NCBI GenBank assembly: GCA_902632605.1
Contig: CACPDB010000007.1
Span: 2,418 to 66,417, forward strand
DNA: 64,000 nucleotides
Origin: an uncultured SAR86 cluster bacterium
GTDB taxonomy: Bacteria; Pseudomonadota; Gammaproteobacteria; Magnimaribacterales; AG-339-G14
Direction: 5' to 3'
The position numbers and the translations under genes are program-made. A model generated the notes under the pieces. It did not search any database and was not told the DNA's origin. It saw only the letters and a list, made by a program, of their open reading frames with translations. Of this stretch, positions 11,088 through 20,845 are shown piece by piece. Each line of letters opens with the position of its first letter. Position 1 is the first letter of the stretch.

Positions 11088-12282
11088 TAAGGATATTTTT
11101 TGAAATAAATTGAACTATTTTTCTAGCAACCTTTTCTTTTGAAGTTTTAGGTATTTTTAATTCTTCTTTTTCAGTAATTAATGTCACCTCATTATTATTT
11201 GAGTCAAAACCTATAGAAGTATCTGACACATCGTTAGCAACAATTAAATTCAAATTCTTTGATGATAATTTTTTTCTAGCGTTATCAATCATATTTTCCG
11301 TTTCTGCTGCAAAACCGACTATTTTTAAATCAGGATTGTTATCAGAAACAAGTTTCAAAATGTCTTCATTTTTTTCTAAACTCAGACTCAATTTTTTAGA
11401 TTGATCTTTTTTGATTTTTTGAGCTTGAGCATTTTTCATTTTGAAATCTGCAACTGCAGCCGTTGATATAAACAAGTCGACATCGGATAGATTTGCGGTT
11501 ACGTGTTCTTTCATTTCCTCAGCAGATTCAATATCTATTCTTTTGACCCTTTCGGGCGTATCTAGAGTTACTGGACCAGAAATCAAAGTGACTATTGCGG
11601 ATTCATCAACAGCAGCTTTAGCAAGCGAAAATCCCATCTTTCCAGAGCTTTTGTTAGAGATATATCTAACGGGATCTATTTTTTCTCTAGTGGGTCCAGC
11701 AGTGATGAGTACCTTTTTGCCGGCTAACAATCCGGAAGAAAATTCTTTAGCTACCTCTTCAATAATTTCTTTAGGTTCTGACATTCTGCCAGGACCGACA
11801 TCACCACAAGCTTGATCACCCTCGTTAGGCCCAATTTGATGAAAAACAGGTTTTTTCAGCAAAGAAAGATTCTTTTTTGTCCGTTTATCCTTCCACATGC
11901 CTTGATTCATTGCAGGGGCAAAAAATATTTTAGAGTCTGCAGCAAGACATACCGCGGACATTAAATCATCGCCTCTTCCAGCAGCAAGTTTTGCAAGGCT
12001 ATCTGCAGAACAAGGAGAAATAACAATGGCATCAGCCCATCTTGCTAATTCTATGTGTCCCATAGCTGATTCGGCGTTGGTATCTAAAAGATCTGAATGA
12101 ACTTCATTACCAGATAATGCCTGCATGGTAAGCGGTGTAATGAATTCTTTGGCTGCTTCAGTCATGAGCACTCGTACTTCAGAACCTGAGCTTTTGAATA
12201 GCCTAATTAACTCAGCCGCTTTGTACGCTGCAATACCACCTGTGACGCAAAGTAAAATTTGTCTATTAGCCAATTGTTCCAT
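11080..12282 (-). CDS. coaBC: bifunctional phosphopantothenoylcysteine decarboxylase / phosphopantothenate-cysteine ligase
   Basis: 400 aa. N-terminal flavoprotein domain ([12 protein letters not shown]), C-terminal ligase domain (ITAGPT..ID.VR.I.N.SSGKMG, AAVADF). coaBC-dut order as in E. coli. Confidence 0.95.
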   Translation of the reverse strand: MEQLANRQILLCVTGGIAAYKAAELIRLFKSSGSEVRVLMTEAAKEFITPLTMQALSGNEVHSDLLDTNAESAMGHIELARWADAIVISPCSADSLAKLAAGRGDDLMSAVCLAADSKIFFAPAMNQGMWKDKRTKKNLSLLKKPVFHQIGPNEGDQACGDVGPGRMSEPKEIIEEVAKEFSSGLLAGKKVLITAGPTREKIDPVRYISNKSSGKMGFSLAKAAVDESAIVTLISGPVTLDTPERVKRIDIESAEEMKEHVTANLSDVDLFISTAAVADFKMKNAQAQKIKKDQSKKLSLSLEKNEDILKLVSDNNPDLKIVGFAAETENMIDNARKKLSSKNLNLIVANDVSDTSIGFDSNNNEVTLITEKEELKIPKTSKEKVARKIVQFISKNILND

Positions 12283-12356
12283 ACAAAAATTATAACTCAG
12301 ATAGGTTTCTTTGAACTTAGGATTCTGGTATAAAGCTCTCTTTGCAAAGGAATATT

Positions 12357-12593
12357 ATGAGCAAAGAGTGTCAAGTAACAGGTAAAACGCCAATGGCAGG
12401 AAACAATGTTTCTAAGGCTGTTAATAAAACCAAAAGAAAGTTTATGCCTAATTTGCATCGTCATAAGTTTTGGGTAGAGTCTGAAAACAAATATGTGACA
12501 CTTACTCTTTCTGCTAAGGGAATGAGAATCATTGATAAAAAAGGCATCGATGTGGTTTTAAAAGAAATTAGAGATCGAGGTGAAAAGATATGA
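12357..12593 (+). CDS. rpmB: 50S ribosomal protein L28
   Basis: [30 protein letters not shown] is the L28 N-terminus. ATG at 12357 is preceded by AAGGA at 12347-12351. The listed ORF start at 12342 is an upstream TTG. Confidence 0.93.
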   Translation: MSKECQVTGKTPMAGNNVSKAVNKTKRKFMPNLHRHKFWVESENKYVTLTLSAKGMRIIDKKGIDVVLKEIRDRGEKI

Positions 12594-12745
12594 GAGAAAA
12601 AATTAAACTAGTTTCATCAGCTGGCACAGGTCACTTCTATACAACAGATAAAAATAAGACAAAAACTCCAGATAAAATAGAATTTAAAAAATATGACCCT
12701 AGAGTCAAAAAACACGTCATCTACAAAGAAGAAAAAATCAAATAA
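12590..12745 (+). CDS. rpmG: 50S ribosomal protein L33 (not in the ORF track, 51 aa)
   Basis: Read directly: [51 protein letters not shown]. Its ATG overlaps the rpmB TGA (ATGA). Canonical rpmB-rpmG pair. Confidence 0.9.
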   Translation: MREKIKLVSSAGTGHFYTTDKNKTKTPDKIEFKKYDPRVKKHVIYKEEKIK

Positions 12746-13358
12746 TTTCGATATATACCTTGCTTCTAGCTCACCTAGAAGAACCGAAATTCTTAAAAAT
12801 CTAAAAGTAAATTTTGAAGTCCTTAAATGTGACTTTGATGAGTCCAATTTTACTGATGAAAGTCCTGAGGATTTCGTTATTAAAAATACTCAGCAAAAAT
12901 GCCTTGCCGCTCATGCAATTAGACAAAAAAAGAAGTTAACCAACAAGCCAATCTTAACAGCTGATACTATTGTTGCCTTGGATGGCAAAATATTTGGAAA
13001 ACCTGAAAACAAAGATCATGCCATTGCGATGCTCCTTGAGTTTTCTGGAAGAAAACACTCGGTCATGACCTGTATCTGCTTTGGTGAAACCAACTCACGA
13101 TATGACGCTGAAGTAAAAATGATTTTTGATCTTGTCAGAACCGAAATTCAATTCGCAAACTTAACTGCCAATCAATGTGCAAAATATTGGGATACCAATG
13201 AACCAAAAGATAAGGCGGGTGCTTATGGTATCCAGGGTTATGGCGGTTTATTTGTTGAATCTTTGGAAGGCAGCTACAGCAATGTTGTAGGTTTGCCGAT
13301 TGTTGAGACTTGTAAGATTTTTAAAGAAAAGAATATTGGCTATTGGTTGAATCAATAA
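12693..13358 (+). CDS. maf: Maf-like nucleoside triphosphate pyrophosphatase
   Basis: [18 protein letters not shown] and GAYGIQG motifs. The only canonical start (ATG 12693) lies 53 nt inside rpmG. Confidence 0.85.
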   Translation: MTLESKNTSSTKKKKSNNFDIYLASSSPRRTEILKNLKVNFEVLKCDFDESNFTDESPEDFVIKNTQQKCLAAHAIRQKKKLTNKPILTADTIVALDGKIFGKPENKDHAIAMLLEFSGRKHSVMTCICFGETNSRYDAEVKMIFDLVRTEIQFANLTANQCAKYWDTNEPKDKAGAYGIQGYGGLFVESLEGSYSNVVGLPIVETCKIFKEKNIGYWLNQ

Positions 13359-13383
13359 CTTTCTAATTCAGATAAAATGAAGT

Positions 13384-14910
13384 GTGAATTTTTCTAAATT
13401 TTTCGCTGGGTTTTTTTTAGGTTCTTTAATTGTCTTAGCTTTTCAGCCCTTTAATTATTGGATTTTAACTTTCCTCATCCCAGGACTTTTATATCAATTG
13501 ATTAAAAGTGAAGGCATAAAAAATACTTTTTTTATTTCCTATCTTTTTGGTTTTGGCCTTTGGGCATTTGGAATATTCTGGGTAGAAAACAGCATAACTG
13601 TTTATGGAGGAGCTTCACCAATATTGGGAAGTTTTCTAACATTATTGTTAGCAGCTTTTTTAAGCTTGTTTCAGGCTATCAGTTTTACTCTATTTAAACT
13701 TGTTTCTAGCCAAAGAAAAACTTATGAAGTATTTCTCCTTTTTCCAGCTACTTGGGTATTGAGCGAATGGTTGCGAGAATTTCTGTTTACTGGTTTTCCA
13801 TGGTTGTACATAGGTTATACCGCTGTAGATAATAGCCTTTTGCAGGGTTACATTCCTGTCTTGGGAATTTTTGGTGTAGGTTTTTTTATTGTTCTAGTTT
13901 CTCAAATATTTCTTTCTTTACTAGGCAGCTTAAGAGACTTAACTAAAAGAAAATCTTTATATTCATCTTCCCTAATCTTAATAATAATTTTTATTGGCAA
14001 TCAACCGCTTGAAAATATCAATTGGACTAAATCAACTGGAAAGATCTCTGCAACTGTTATTCAACCCAATATTGATATCAAAGAAAAATGGACACAAAAA
14101 GGATTACGAAAAATAGAAAGCGCGATAGAGAAGAAATTAAGTGAAAATCCACTGCAAAATCTAACTCAATCTTCTGTCATATTTTGGCCAGAAGTAACTC
14201 TGCCTAAATTAATTCAAAAGAATAGTATTGATGAATTTAGAAATGGCATACTTAATGAAAATAATATGCTCGGAATGGTCATAGGTGCTTTATCGGAAAA
14301 CAAGTCAGAAGAAATAAATAATTCATTAATCGGAATTGGCAATATCTCAGGCATTTACGACAAAAAATTTTTAGTCCCTTTTGGCGAATACGTTCCTCTT
14401 TCAGGAATTTTCAGTGTATTTTTTGATTTTTTTAATTTTAATAGGCCTCAAATATTTTCAGGTAATAAGAGCGAACTTATCGGGAATAATTTAATTAAAA
14501 TATCTTCAGCAATTTGTTATGAGATAGCCTATCAAAATGTATTTTTATCTAATAGCAAAAAAACCAATATCCTATTTAATGCCAGTAACGATAATTGGTT
14601 TGGAACTGGCTTAGGTCCTCATCAACATTTGCAAATTGCAAGATTTAGAGCAGCTGAACACCAAAAATATTTGGTCAGATCGACATCAACTGGTATCAGC
14701 GCCTTAATTAACCACCGCGGACAGATCATTAAAAAAATTGAAACTTCTATTAATAGAAATGAATTAGAAAGTTTTCAAGAAGATGTGATTCTTAAGTCGG
14801 GTCAAACTCCATATGCATATTTTGGAAAAAACCTTTTCTTATTCATATTGGTTATTATCTTTTTTATATCGGCGATATTAAAATTTAAAAAAGATGAAAG
14901 CATTATTTAA
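13384..14910 (+). CDS. lnt: apolipoprotein N-acyltransferase
   Basis: 508 aa. Multi-TM N-terminal half plus a C-terminal CN-hydrolase domain (..WPE.., ICYE active-site Cys context). GTG start. Confidence 0.88.
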   Translation: MNFSKFFAGFFLGSLIVLAFQPFNYWILTFLIPGLLYQLIKSEGIKNTFFISYLFGFGLWAFGIFWVENSITVYGGASPILGSFLTLLLAAFLSLFQAISFTLFKLVSSQRKTYEVFLLFPATWVLSEWLREFLFTGFPWLYIGYTAVDNSLLQGYIPVLGIFGVGFFIVLVSQIFLSLLGSLRDLTKRKSLYSSSLILIIIFIGNQPLENINWTKSTGKISATVIQPNIDIKEKWTQKGLRKIESAIEKKLSENPLQNLTQSSVIFWPEVTLPKLIQKNSIDEFRNGILNENNMLGMVIGALSENKSEEINNSLIGIGNISGIYDKKFLVPFGEYVPLSGIFSVFFDFFNFNRPQIFSGNKSELIGNNLIKISSAICYEIAYQNVFLSNSKKTNILFNASNDNWFGTGLGPHQHLQIARFRAAEHQKYLVRSTSTGISALINHRGQIIKKIETSINRNELESFQEDVILKSGQTPYAYFGKNLFLFILVIIFFISAILKFKKDESII

Positions 14911-15502
14911 GTATTTAATTTTTGTGGTTTTTAGTTCTGCCTTTTTTTATGGTTGTAGCTCAGTACCTCTAGATTATTCATCTTATGAAAATATTAATTA
15001 TCAAGAGTTTGGTGAAATGAATAAAAACCGAACTCACGTTTTGATAAGTTTAGCTAAACAAGAACTTACAATAAAAACTCCATATTCAAGTAAAACTTAT
15101 CCCATTTCATCTTCTGCTTATGGAATCGGTAGTGTTCGAGATAGTTTAAAAACTCCTCTCGGTGCACATGTAATTTCTGAAAAAATAGGTAAAGGAGCAA
15201 AAATAGGTTCTGTTTTCAAGGCAAGGAAATTCACCGGAGAAGTTGTGGTGCCAATAACAGAAAAAATAGATATAAAAGAGGATGTCATCACTACTAGAAT
15301 TCTTTGGCTAGATGGTTTGGAAATTGGAAAAAATAAGGGAGGAAATGTAGATTCAAAAAGCCGATATATTTACATTCATGGAACTGCCGAAGAAGGTCTT
15401 ATTGGAGAGCCTGCGAGTTTAGGTTGTATTAGAATGAGGAATATAGACGTTATAAAGTTATTCAATAGAGTAAGAAAAGGTACACAGGTATTGATTTACT
15501 GA
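14894..15502 (+). CDS. L,D-transpeptidase (YkuD domain), probable lipoprotein
   Basis: Catalytic motif HGT...GEPASLGCIRMRN. N-terminal signal with Cys (FFYGCSS). Overlaps lnt by 17 nt. Confidence 0.8.
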   Translation: MKALFKYLIFVVFSSAFFYGCSSVPLDYSSYENINYQEFGEMNKNRTHVLISLAKQELTIKTPYSSKTYPISSSAYGIGSVRDSLKTPLGAHVISEKIGKGAKIGSVFKARKFTGEVVVPITEKIDIKEDVITTRILWLDGLEIGKNKGGNVDSKSRYIYIHGTAEEGLIGEPASLGCIRMRNIDVIKLFNRVRKGTQVLIY

Positions 15503-15525
15503 GCTTTATTATTTAACTTATATCT

Positions 15526-16122
15526 ATGAGATTTGCTTTAATTTTATTTTCTTACTTTCTTGTTAGTTGCTCTCAAGGAAATGCCGAAACGGAGAATTTT
15601 AATGCAATCAACTTTCAACCTGATCTAAATAAAATTCCCGTAGAAGGTTGTCCTGCGATTTTAAATCACAACGTCCGCGTACTTGACTCAAAAGAGATTA
15701 TGAATTTGTGCGAACACAAAGATAAGGTAGTTCTGGCAGTAAATGTTGCTAGTCGATGCGGCTTCACTTACCAATATGAAGCTTTGCAAACATTATTTGA
15801 AAATTACCAAGGAAAAGACTTTGTGATTTTGGGTTTTCCTTCTAGAGACTTTATGTTTCAGGAATATAGTGATGAAGGTCAAGTAAAGGAGTTTTGTAAT
15901 TCTAAGTATGGCGTGACCTTTCCCATGTTCGCTACATCAAGCGTAAAAGGAAAAAAAGCAAATAGTTTTTATCAAAACCTAGCCATGATTACTGGAAAAT
16001 CTCCTGATTGGAATTTCACAAAGTATTTGATATCCAAAGATGGCGAAGTCTTAAAACCTTTCTCCAAGAATATAGAACCAGATAGCGAAGAAATAATTTC
16101 TGCTATCGAATCTCTGCTCTAG
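15526..16122 (+). CDS. glutathione peroxidase (Cys type) with lipoprotein-like signal peptide
   Basis: VNVASRCGFT, LGFPSRDF and WNFTKYL GPx motifs. N-terminus MRFALILFSYFLVSCSQ has an LVSC lipobox. Confidence 0.88.
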   Translation: MRFALILFSYFLVSCSQGNAETENFNAINFQPDLNKIPVEGCPAILNHNVRVLDSKEIMNLCEHKDKVVLAVNVASRCGFTYQYEALQTLFENYQGKDFVILGFPSRDFMFQEYSDEGQVKEFCNSKYGVTFPMFATSSVKGKKANSFYQNLAMITGKSPDWNFTKYLISKDGEVLKPFSKNIEPDSEEIISAIESLL

Positions 16123-16173
16123 AATCATCATCTCTCCTTATTTAAGAAACCTTCCCTTAGTGGCGAAGGATAA

Positions 16174-17400
16174 TTAAGGACTTAATAATAAATTTTCTCT
16201 TTTTCTAATGTTCATGAAAAATAAAGCAAGAATTAAGAGATTAACGATTCCGGTAATTCCGGCAAAAGCAAAGGCCCAACTATAATCCCCATAGATATCG
16301 AAGAAATAGCCTCCTAAAAATCCTCCTAAACCCATTCCTATCCATCCAAAGAGAGAAGTTAAGCTCATTGCTCGTGCTCCAAATTTTGCAGAAACCATAA
16401 TACGCGTACAGACTAATATGCTAGACATTACACCTGAATAGGTGAAGCCAAATAATGCCGCTAAAACGTAAATTGAAGCGGGAGAAATTAAATGAGGAAA
16501 CCAAACCACAAAGATTGTCTGACCGAACGACATTAAGATATATCCAGGTAAGGCTCCAATATAATCTCCCAGCATTCCGCCAAGAATCCTCCCAAAGGCT
16601 CCACAAATCATCAGTATCATCAATACAGAAGTGGCAAACTCAAGAGAAAATCCTTTATCGGTGAGCAAAGGAACCAAATGCATTATTGGAATGGACATAC
16701 AAATGCAACAAAAAATAACCGCAACACTGATCCAAGAAACTACTTCTTTTTCAGATAGAGGAAAGTTTCTTTCTTCCTCTTCTTCTTGATTTCTTGCATT
16801 GATTCTCCAGGGTGATTCCTTGATAAGAAAAGCAATCGGTAAAGAAATTAATATATAAATGATAGCAAGGTTAACATAAGCCATTTTCCATCCTGAGCTC
16901 TCAATTAGAATTCCACTAAGATGAGGTACGAATGCTTGGCCAATCGCTCCACCCGAGGCAGCTAGGCCAAGAGCAAGTCCTGGATTTTCTTTAAACCAAA
17001 AGCCCACATTTGCATACAACGGAGAAAACAGTAAGGCGCTTCCCATTGCTCCAAACAAAAAATATAAAGTATAAAACTGGACTATGGAGTCGAGACTGCT
17101 GAGAGCAAACAAAACAAGACTCATGCAAATGGCGCCAACAAAACCAAACCACTTAGTTCCATATTTATCTGCGACTTGGCCCCATAAAACACCAAAGACT
17201 GCTGAAGAAAGTGATGCGACCGTGTATGCAAATGATGTCTGACCTCTAGACCATCCAAATTCTAAAGAAACTGGCTTCAAAAAAACTGAAATTGAAGCCA
17301 TAGAGCCAAAAGCTAAACCGCTTAATACAAAAACAACCAGGACCATTACCCAGCCATAATTAATTCCTCTGTCCTGAAAAAAATCCTCTATCGTTTTCAT
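16174..17400 (-). CDS. MFS transporter
   Basis: 408 aa with about 12 hydrophobic segments and a central hydrophilic loop (RNQEEEEERN). Substrate unknown. Confidence 0.75.
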   Translation of the reverse strand: MKTIEDFFQDRGINYGWVMVLVVFVLSGLAFGSMASISVFLKPVSLEFGWSRGQTSFAYTVASLSSAVFGVLWGQVADKYGTKWFGFVGAICMSLVLFALSSLDSIVQFYTLYFLFGAMGSALLFSPLYANVGFWFKENPGLALGLAASGGAIGQAFVPHLSGILIESSGWKMAYVNLAIIYILISLPIAFLIKESPWRINARNQEEEEERNFPLSEKEVVSWISVAVIFCCICMSIPIMHLVPLLTDKGFSLEFATSVLMILMICGAFGRILGGMLGDYIGALPGYILMSFGQTIFVVWFPHLISPASIYVLAALFGFTYSGVMSSILVCTRIMVSAKFGARAMSLTSLFGWIGMGLGGFLGGYFFDIYGDYSWAFAFAGITGIVNLLILALFFMNIRKRENLLLSP

Positions 17401-17471
17401 GTTTTCATCAAAAAAATGATTAGTCTGCTTTAGAAATTTCGTCTATGCGGCTGGTGAAGCCTTTTTCTAAA

Positions 17472-18149
17472 TCACTGCTCTAAAACTTCTGGAACTCCGT
17501 TTTTATCTATAACTAAACAATCCGCCTTTCTTGCAGCAAATATACCATTGGCTACGACACCCGGAATGTTATTGATTTCGTTTTCAAAGTCATAAGGTAC
17601 GTTAAGTTTTAAGTTCCGGACATCTATTATTTGATTTCCATTGTCAGATACAAATCCTACTCTATATTCTGGTGTTCCTCCTTTTACCACAATCTGTCGT
17701 GCGACATAACTTCTCGCCATTGGAATGACTTCAATAGCAACTGGAAATTTTCCAAGTAGTTTTACTTTTTTAGAAGAATCGCAAATGCAAATGAATTTTT
17801 TAGATGCTGAGGCAATGATCTTTTCTCGGGTCAATGCTCCGCCGCCGCCTTTGATCATTTCAAAACGATCATTGATTTCATCAGCACCATCAATATAAAA
17901 ATCCGGCGAGCCAACGTCATTTAATTCAGAAACTTCCAAACCTGCCTCTTCCAATAATTGCGTGCTTGCAACTGAACTGGATACGATGGCTTTGATTTCA
18001 GGTTTTCTATTGATCAATTCTTGGATAAAAAAATTAGTAGTACTTCCTGTACCAATACCCAAAATACAATCCTTGTGAAGCTTTGTGGCGAGATACTCAT
18101 AGGCTTTACTTGCAACAGCTTGTTTGGTTTCTGAGTTAGAATTTTCCAT
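17472..18149 (-). CDS. rpiA: ribose-5-phosphate isomerase A
   Basis: GIGTGST, DGADE and KGGGGALTREK motifs. 225 aa. Confidence 0.95.
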   Translation of the reverse strand: MENSNSETKQAVASKAYEYLATKLHKDCILGIGTGSTTNFFIQELINRKPEIKAIVSSSVASTQLLEEAGLEVSELNDVGSPDFYIDGADEINDRFEMIKGGGGALTREKIIASASKKFICICDSSKKVKLLGKFPVAIEVIPMARSYVARQIVVKGGTPEYRVGFVSDNGNQIIDVRNLKLNVPYDFENEINNIPGVVANGIFAARKADCLVIDKNGVPEVLEQ

Positions 18150-18203
18150 GTCTATGGCTTATAAGAGAACTCTACGTATAATACCTCGCTTTCTAGAATT
18201 TTT

Positions 18204-19736
18204 ATGAAAAAAGTAATCAAAAACTACATAGATAAAATAGAGAACTCTAAAGTTTATGAGGTCGCTAATATTTCGCCTCTAACAAAGGCTGATAATTTAT
18301 CAAAAGAACTGGCAAATAGTATTTTCTTAAAAAGAGAAGATTTACAGCCTACCCATTCTTTTAAAATTAGGGGTGCTTACAACAAGATTGCTCACCTTTA
18401 TAAATCCAAAAAGATTTCTGAGGTGGCAACAGCATCCGCGGGAAATCATGCCCAAGGAGTAGCTTATTCGGCAAAAGAGCTAGGCATCAAGGCCACTATC
18501 TTCATGCCAAAGACCACGCCTTTGATCAAAGTTAACGCAGTGAGAGATTTGAAAGCTAAGGTAGTTTTGGTAGGTAATAACTTTGATGATGCGCTTAAAG
18601 AATCGAAAACATTCTGTAAAAAAAATAAAGTAAATTTCATTCACCCATTTGATGATCCATTAGTAATTGCAGGACAAGGTACGGTTGGCATGGAAATCTC
18701 AGAACAATTTCCTGAAAATCTTTATGCTGTATTCGTTGCCGTTGGTGGTGGTGGTTTGATTGCTGGAATTGGAGCTTACTTAAATAAGGTTCATCCCAGT
18801 GTAAAAATAATAGGTGTTGAAGCAGCGGATTCAGCAGGATTAAATGCTTCTGTGAAGGCGGGTAAAAGAGTGAAACTCAAAGAAGTTGGATTGTTTGCTG
18901 ATGGAGCTGCGGCAAAACAAATAGGAAAAAATAACTACGAACTTATAAAAAATTTCTTGGATGATTCAATAACCGTTGATACCGATGAAATTTGTGCTGC
19001 TGTGAAAGATACTTTCTTGGAAACTAGGACTGTTCCTGAACCAACTGGAGCATTAGCACTTGCAGGATTAAAAAAATACATAAGCCAAAAAAGAATTAAG
19101 AATAAAAATCTTATCGCAACTTATTGCGGCTCAAATCTCAATTTTGAGTCTTTGGGACATATTGTTGAAAGATCCAAAATTGGAGAAAAAAAGGAAATTA
19201 TTTTAAGTATAGCTATAGACGAAAAAAAGGGTTCGTTTAGGAAACTTTGCAAAGACATCGGCCAAAAGAATATCACCGAGTTTAGTTACAGAAAAGATGG
19301 CAGTTCTAAAGCAAAAATTCTTTTGGGATTGGAACTTCAAGATTCAAAAAAAAGCAAAGATATTTTTTTAAAAGCCTTAAGAAATAAAAAGTACTCTTTT
19401 ACAGATTTAAGCAATGATGAAATCTCTAAAAAACATCTTAAATTCATGCATGGTGGTAGAGGACCCCAACTAGAAGGTGAATTCGTAGAAGAAGTTTACA
19501 GTGTAGATTTCCCTGAAAAACCAGGTGCCCTACTCAATTTTTTAACTTTGCTTAAAGACAAGTGGGATATCTCCCTTTTTCATTATAAAAATCAAGGTGC
19601 AATCTATGGTGGTGCTTTAGTAGGTTTTACAATAAGACAGAAGCAAGTAAAAAGTTTGGAAAGAGATCTCCTAAGAATTTCCTATCCTTTTACCAGAGAG
19701 ACTGAAAACCTAGGTTACCAAGCTTTTTTAAAGTAA
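18204..19736 (+). CDS. ilvA: threonine ammonia-lyase, biosynthetic
   Basis: PLP-lysine motif HSFKIRGA and GGGGL loop. The 510-aa length includes the C-terminal regulatory repeats typical of biosynthetic IlvA. Confidence 0.93.
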   Translation: MKKVIKNYIDKIENSKVYEVANISPLTKADNLSKELANSIFLKREDLQPTHSFKIRGAYNKIAHLYKSKKISEVATASAGNHAQGVAYSAKELGIKATIFMPKTTPLIKVNAVRDLKAKVVLVGNNFDDALKESKTFCKKNKVNFIHPFDDPLVIAGQGTVGMEISEQFPENLYAVFVAVGGGGLIAGIGAYLNKVHPSVKIIGVEAADSAGLNASVKAGKRVKLKEVGLFADGAAAKQIGKNNYELIKNFLDDSITVDTDEICAAVKDTFLETRTVPEPTGALALAGLKKYISQKRIKNKNLIATYCGSNLNFESLGHIVERSKIGEKKEIILSIAIDEKKGSFRKLCKDIGQKNITEFSYRKDGSSKAKILLGLELQDSKKSKDIFLKALRNKKYSFTDLSNDEISKKHLKFMHGGRGPQLEGEFVEEVYSVDFPEKPGALLNFLTLLKDKWDISLFHYKNQGAIYGGALVGFTIRQKQVKSLERDLLRISYPFTRETENLGYQAFLK

Positions 19737-20279
19737 TTGCTTATCTGTAAAGGCTACATCTAACTTCAAGTCGAAGTCTTCAAGTATTAATTTTTTTATG
19801 AATTGAAACTCATAAGCCAAGCCAATAAATTCTGGTTCGGTGACTCCTGAAAAAGTTTTATCATAAAAACCTCCTCCGAATCCCAATCTTTGAAAGTTCT
19901 CATTGAAAGCGCGTAAAGGAACAATAACCGCGTCTAATCTCTCGAGCTCAATGGTCTCCTCACTCATGGGTTCAAAGATATTTAAAGAATTTTTTCTAAA
20001 TTTAGTTTTTTTGTTACAAAGTACAAATTCCAATTTATTGCTCTTGGGATTGATTTTTGGAAGATAAAAATGATTTTTGGAATCTGCTAGAAATTTATTT
20101 ATTTTCTCAGTTGAAACTTCATAAGGCAGAGACATATAACTTGCAACGTGTGAAAAATCTTTTTTCTCCAAATGTTCTTTTATAAAATCTAAGTGGACTT
20201 TTTCTTGGTAACTTTTAGAGGAGGCAGTTAAGCTTTTGAAGCCTTTTGAAATTAACTCTCTTGCTTCAGTTTTATTCAT
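19728..20279 (-). CDS. ygfA: 5-formyltetrahydrofolate cyclo-ligase
   Basis: C-terminal VPLRAFNENFQRLGFGGGFYDKTF motif. Sits downstream of zapA and the 6S RNA, as in E. coli and Pseudomonas. Confidence 0.8.
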   Translation of the reverse strand: MNKTEARELISKGFKSLTASSKSYQEKVHLDFIKEHLEKKDFSHVASYMSLPYEVSTEKINKFLADSKNHFYLPKINPKSNKLEFVLCNKKTKFRKNSLNIFEPMSEETIELERLDAVIVPLRAFNENFQRLGFGGGFYDKTFSGVTEPEFIGLAYEFQFIKKLILEDFDLKLDVAFTDKQLL

Positions 20280-20285
20280 ATTTAA

Positions 20286-20462
20286 GAGAGCTTCCCAAGT
20301 TATCGCCGTTAAATAAAACCCGAACCGTATAGTTCAGGTCGGGAAGAATCACCATCTATCAGGCTGCCCTAAGGGCGCTCAACAAGAGAAGTATCAAATT
20401 CCCTATTTATTTTGCATCGGCTCGAAGTGTTATATAACTAGCAAATAAGCCAGGAAGCTTTG
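20286..20462 (-). ncRNA. ssrS: 6S RNA (approximate ends)
   Basis: A 200-nt non-coding gap lies exactly in the conserved zapA-ssrS-ygfA position. On the minus strand, 5' AGCUUCCUGG (about 20460-20451) pairs with 3' CUUGGGAAGCU (20299-20289) as a long closing stem with G-U pairs. There is an internal hairpin CCCGAAC..GUUCAGGUCGGG, and a TATAAT -10 box at 20471-20466 (minus) just upstream. Confidence 0.62.
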
Positions 20463-20479
20463 AAAATTATAGCAATATT

Positions 20480-20845
20480 TTAAAGCTTAGATAATTCAGA
20501 AATCTCATCTACTAACTTAAGACTTAAATTTTCTTCTTCAGATGGATCGACTTTTTCGTCTGAAACATTTGCGGCTGATTTTTCATCTGTAGCCGATGAT
20601 TCATCATTTGCCTCGGTTGATGAAGCTTCTTCGTTTGAGAGGAATTCATTCACTACATCAAGACCTGCTAATACGGCAACTTTTTCAATTGGAAGATTTC
20701 TCGTTTTGCGTTTGATAGATTTGATTCGCTTATCCAAGATTTCACCGGCTTCGATCAAAGTGGATTGTTCCTCGGGCGGACAATATAGTTGATACTCGAT
20801 GCCTGCTATTTTAAGGGTAACTATGTCTTGATTGTCTTCACTCAT
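20480..20845 (-). CDS. zapA: cell division protein ZapA with acidic C-terminal tail
   Basis: VTLKIAGIEYQLYCPPEEQSTLIEAGEILDKRI...KVAVLAGLDVVNE matches the ZapA fold pattern. Synteny with ssrS and ygfA. Confidence 0.82.
   Translation of the reverse strand: MSEDNQDIVTLKIAGIEYQLYCPPEEQSTLIEAGEILDKRIKSIKRKTRNLPIEKVAVLAGLDVVNEFLSNEEASSTEANDESSATDEKSAANVSDEKVDPSEEENLSLKLVDEISELSKL

Noticed and set aside
11441-11815. 124-aa plus-strand ORF inside coaBC
   Set aside because: It is antisense to coaBC. Its Ser/Thr/Ala-rich translation mirrors the codon structure of the real gene.
12342-12356. Five-codon N-terminal extension of rpmB starting at TTG
   Set aside because: The L28 consensus N-terminus is [10 protein letters not shown], and the ATG at 12357 has an AAGGA SD at proper spacing.
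16123-16173. Short hairpin CCTTC..GAAGG between the convergent GPx and MFS genes as a terminator
   Set aside because: It has only a 5-bp stem with a 10-nt loop and no U-tract, which is too weak to call.
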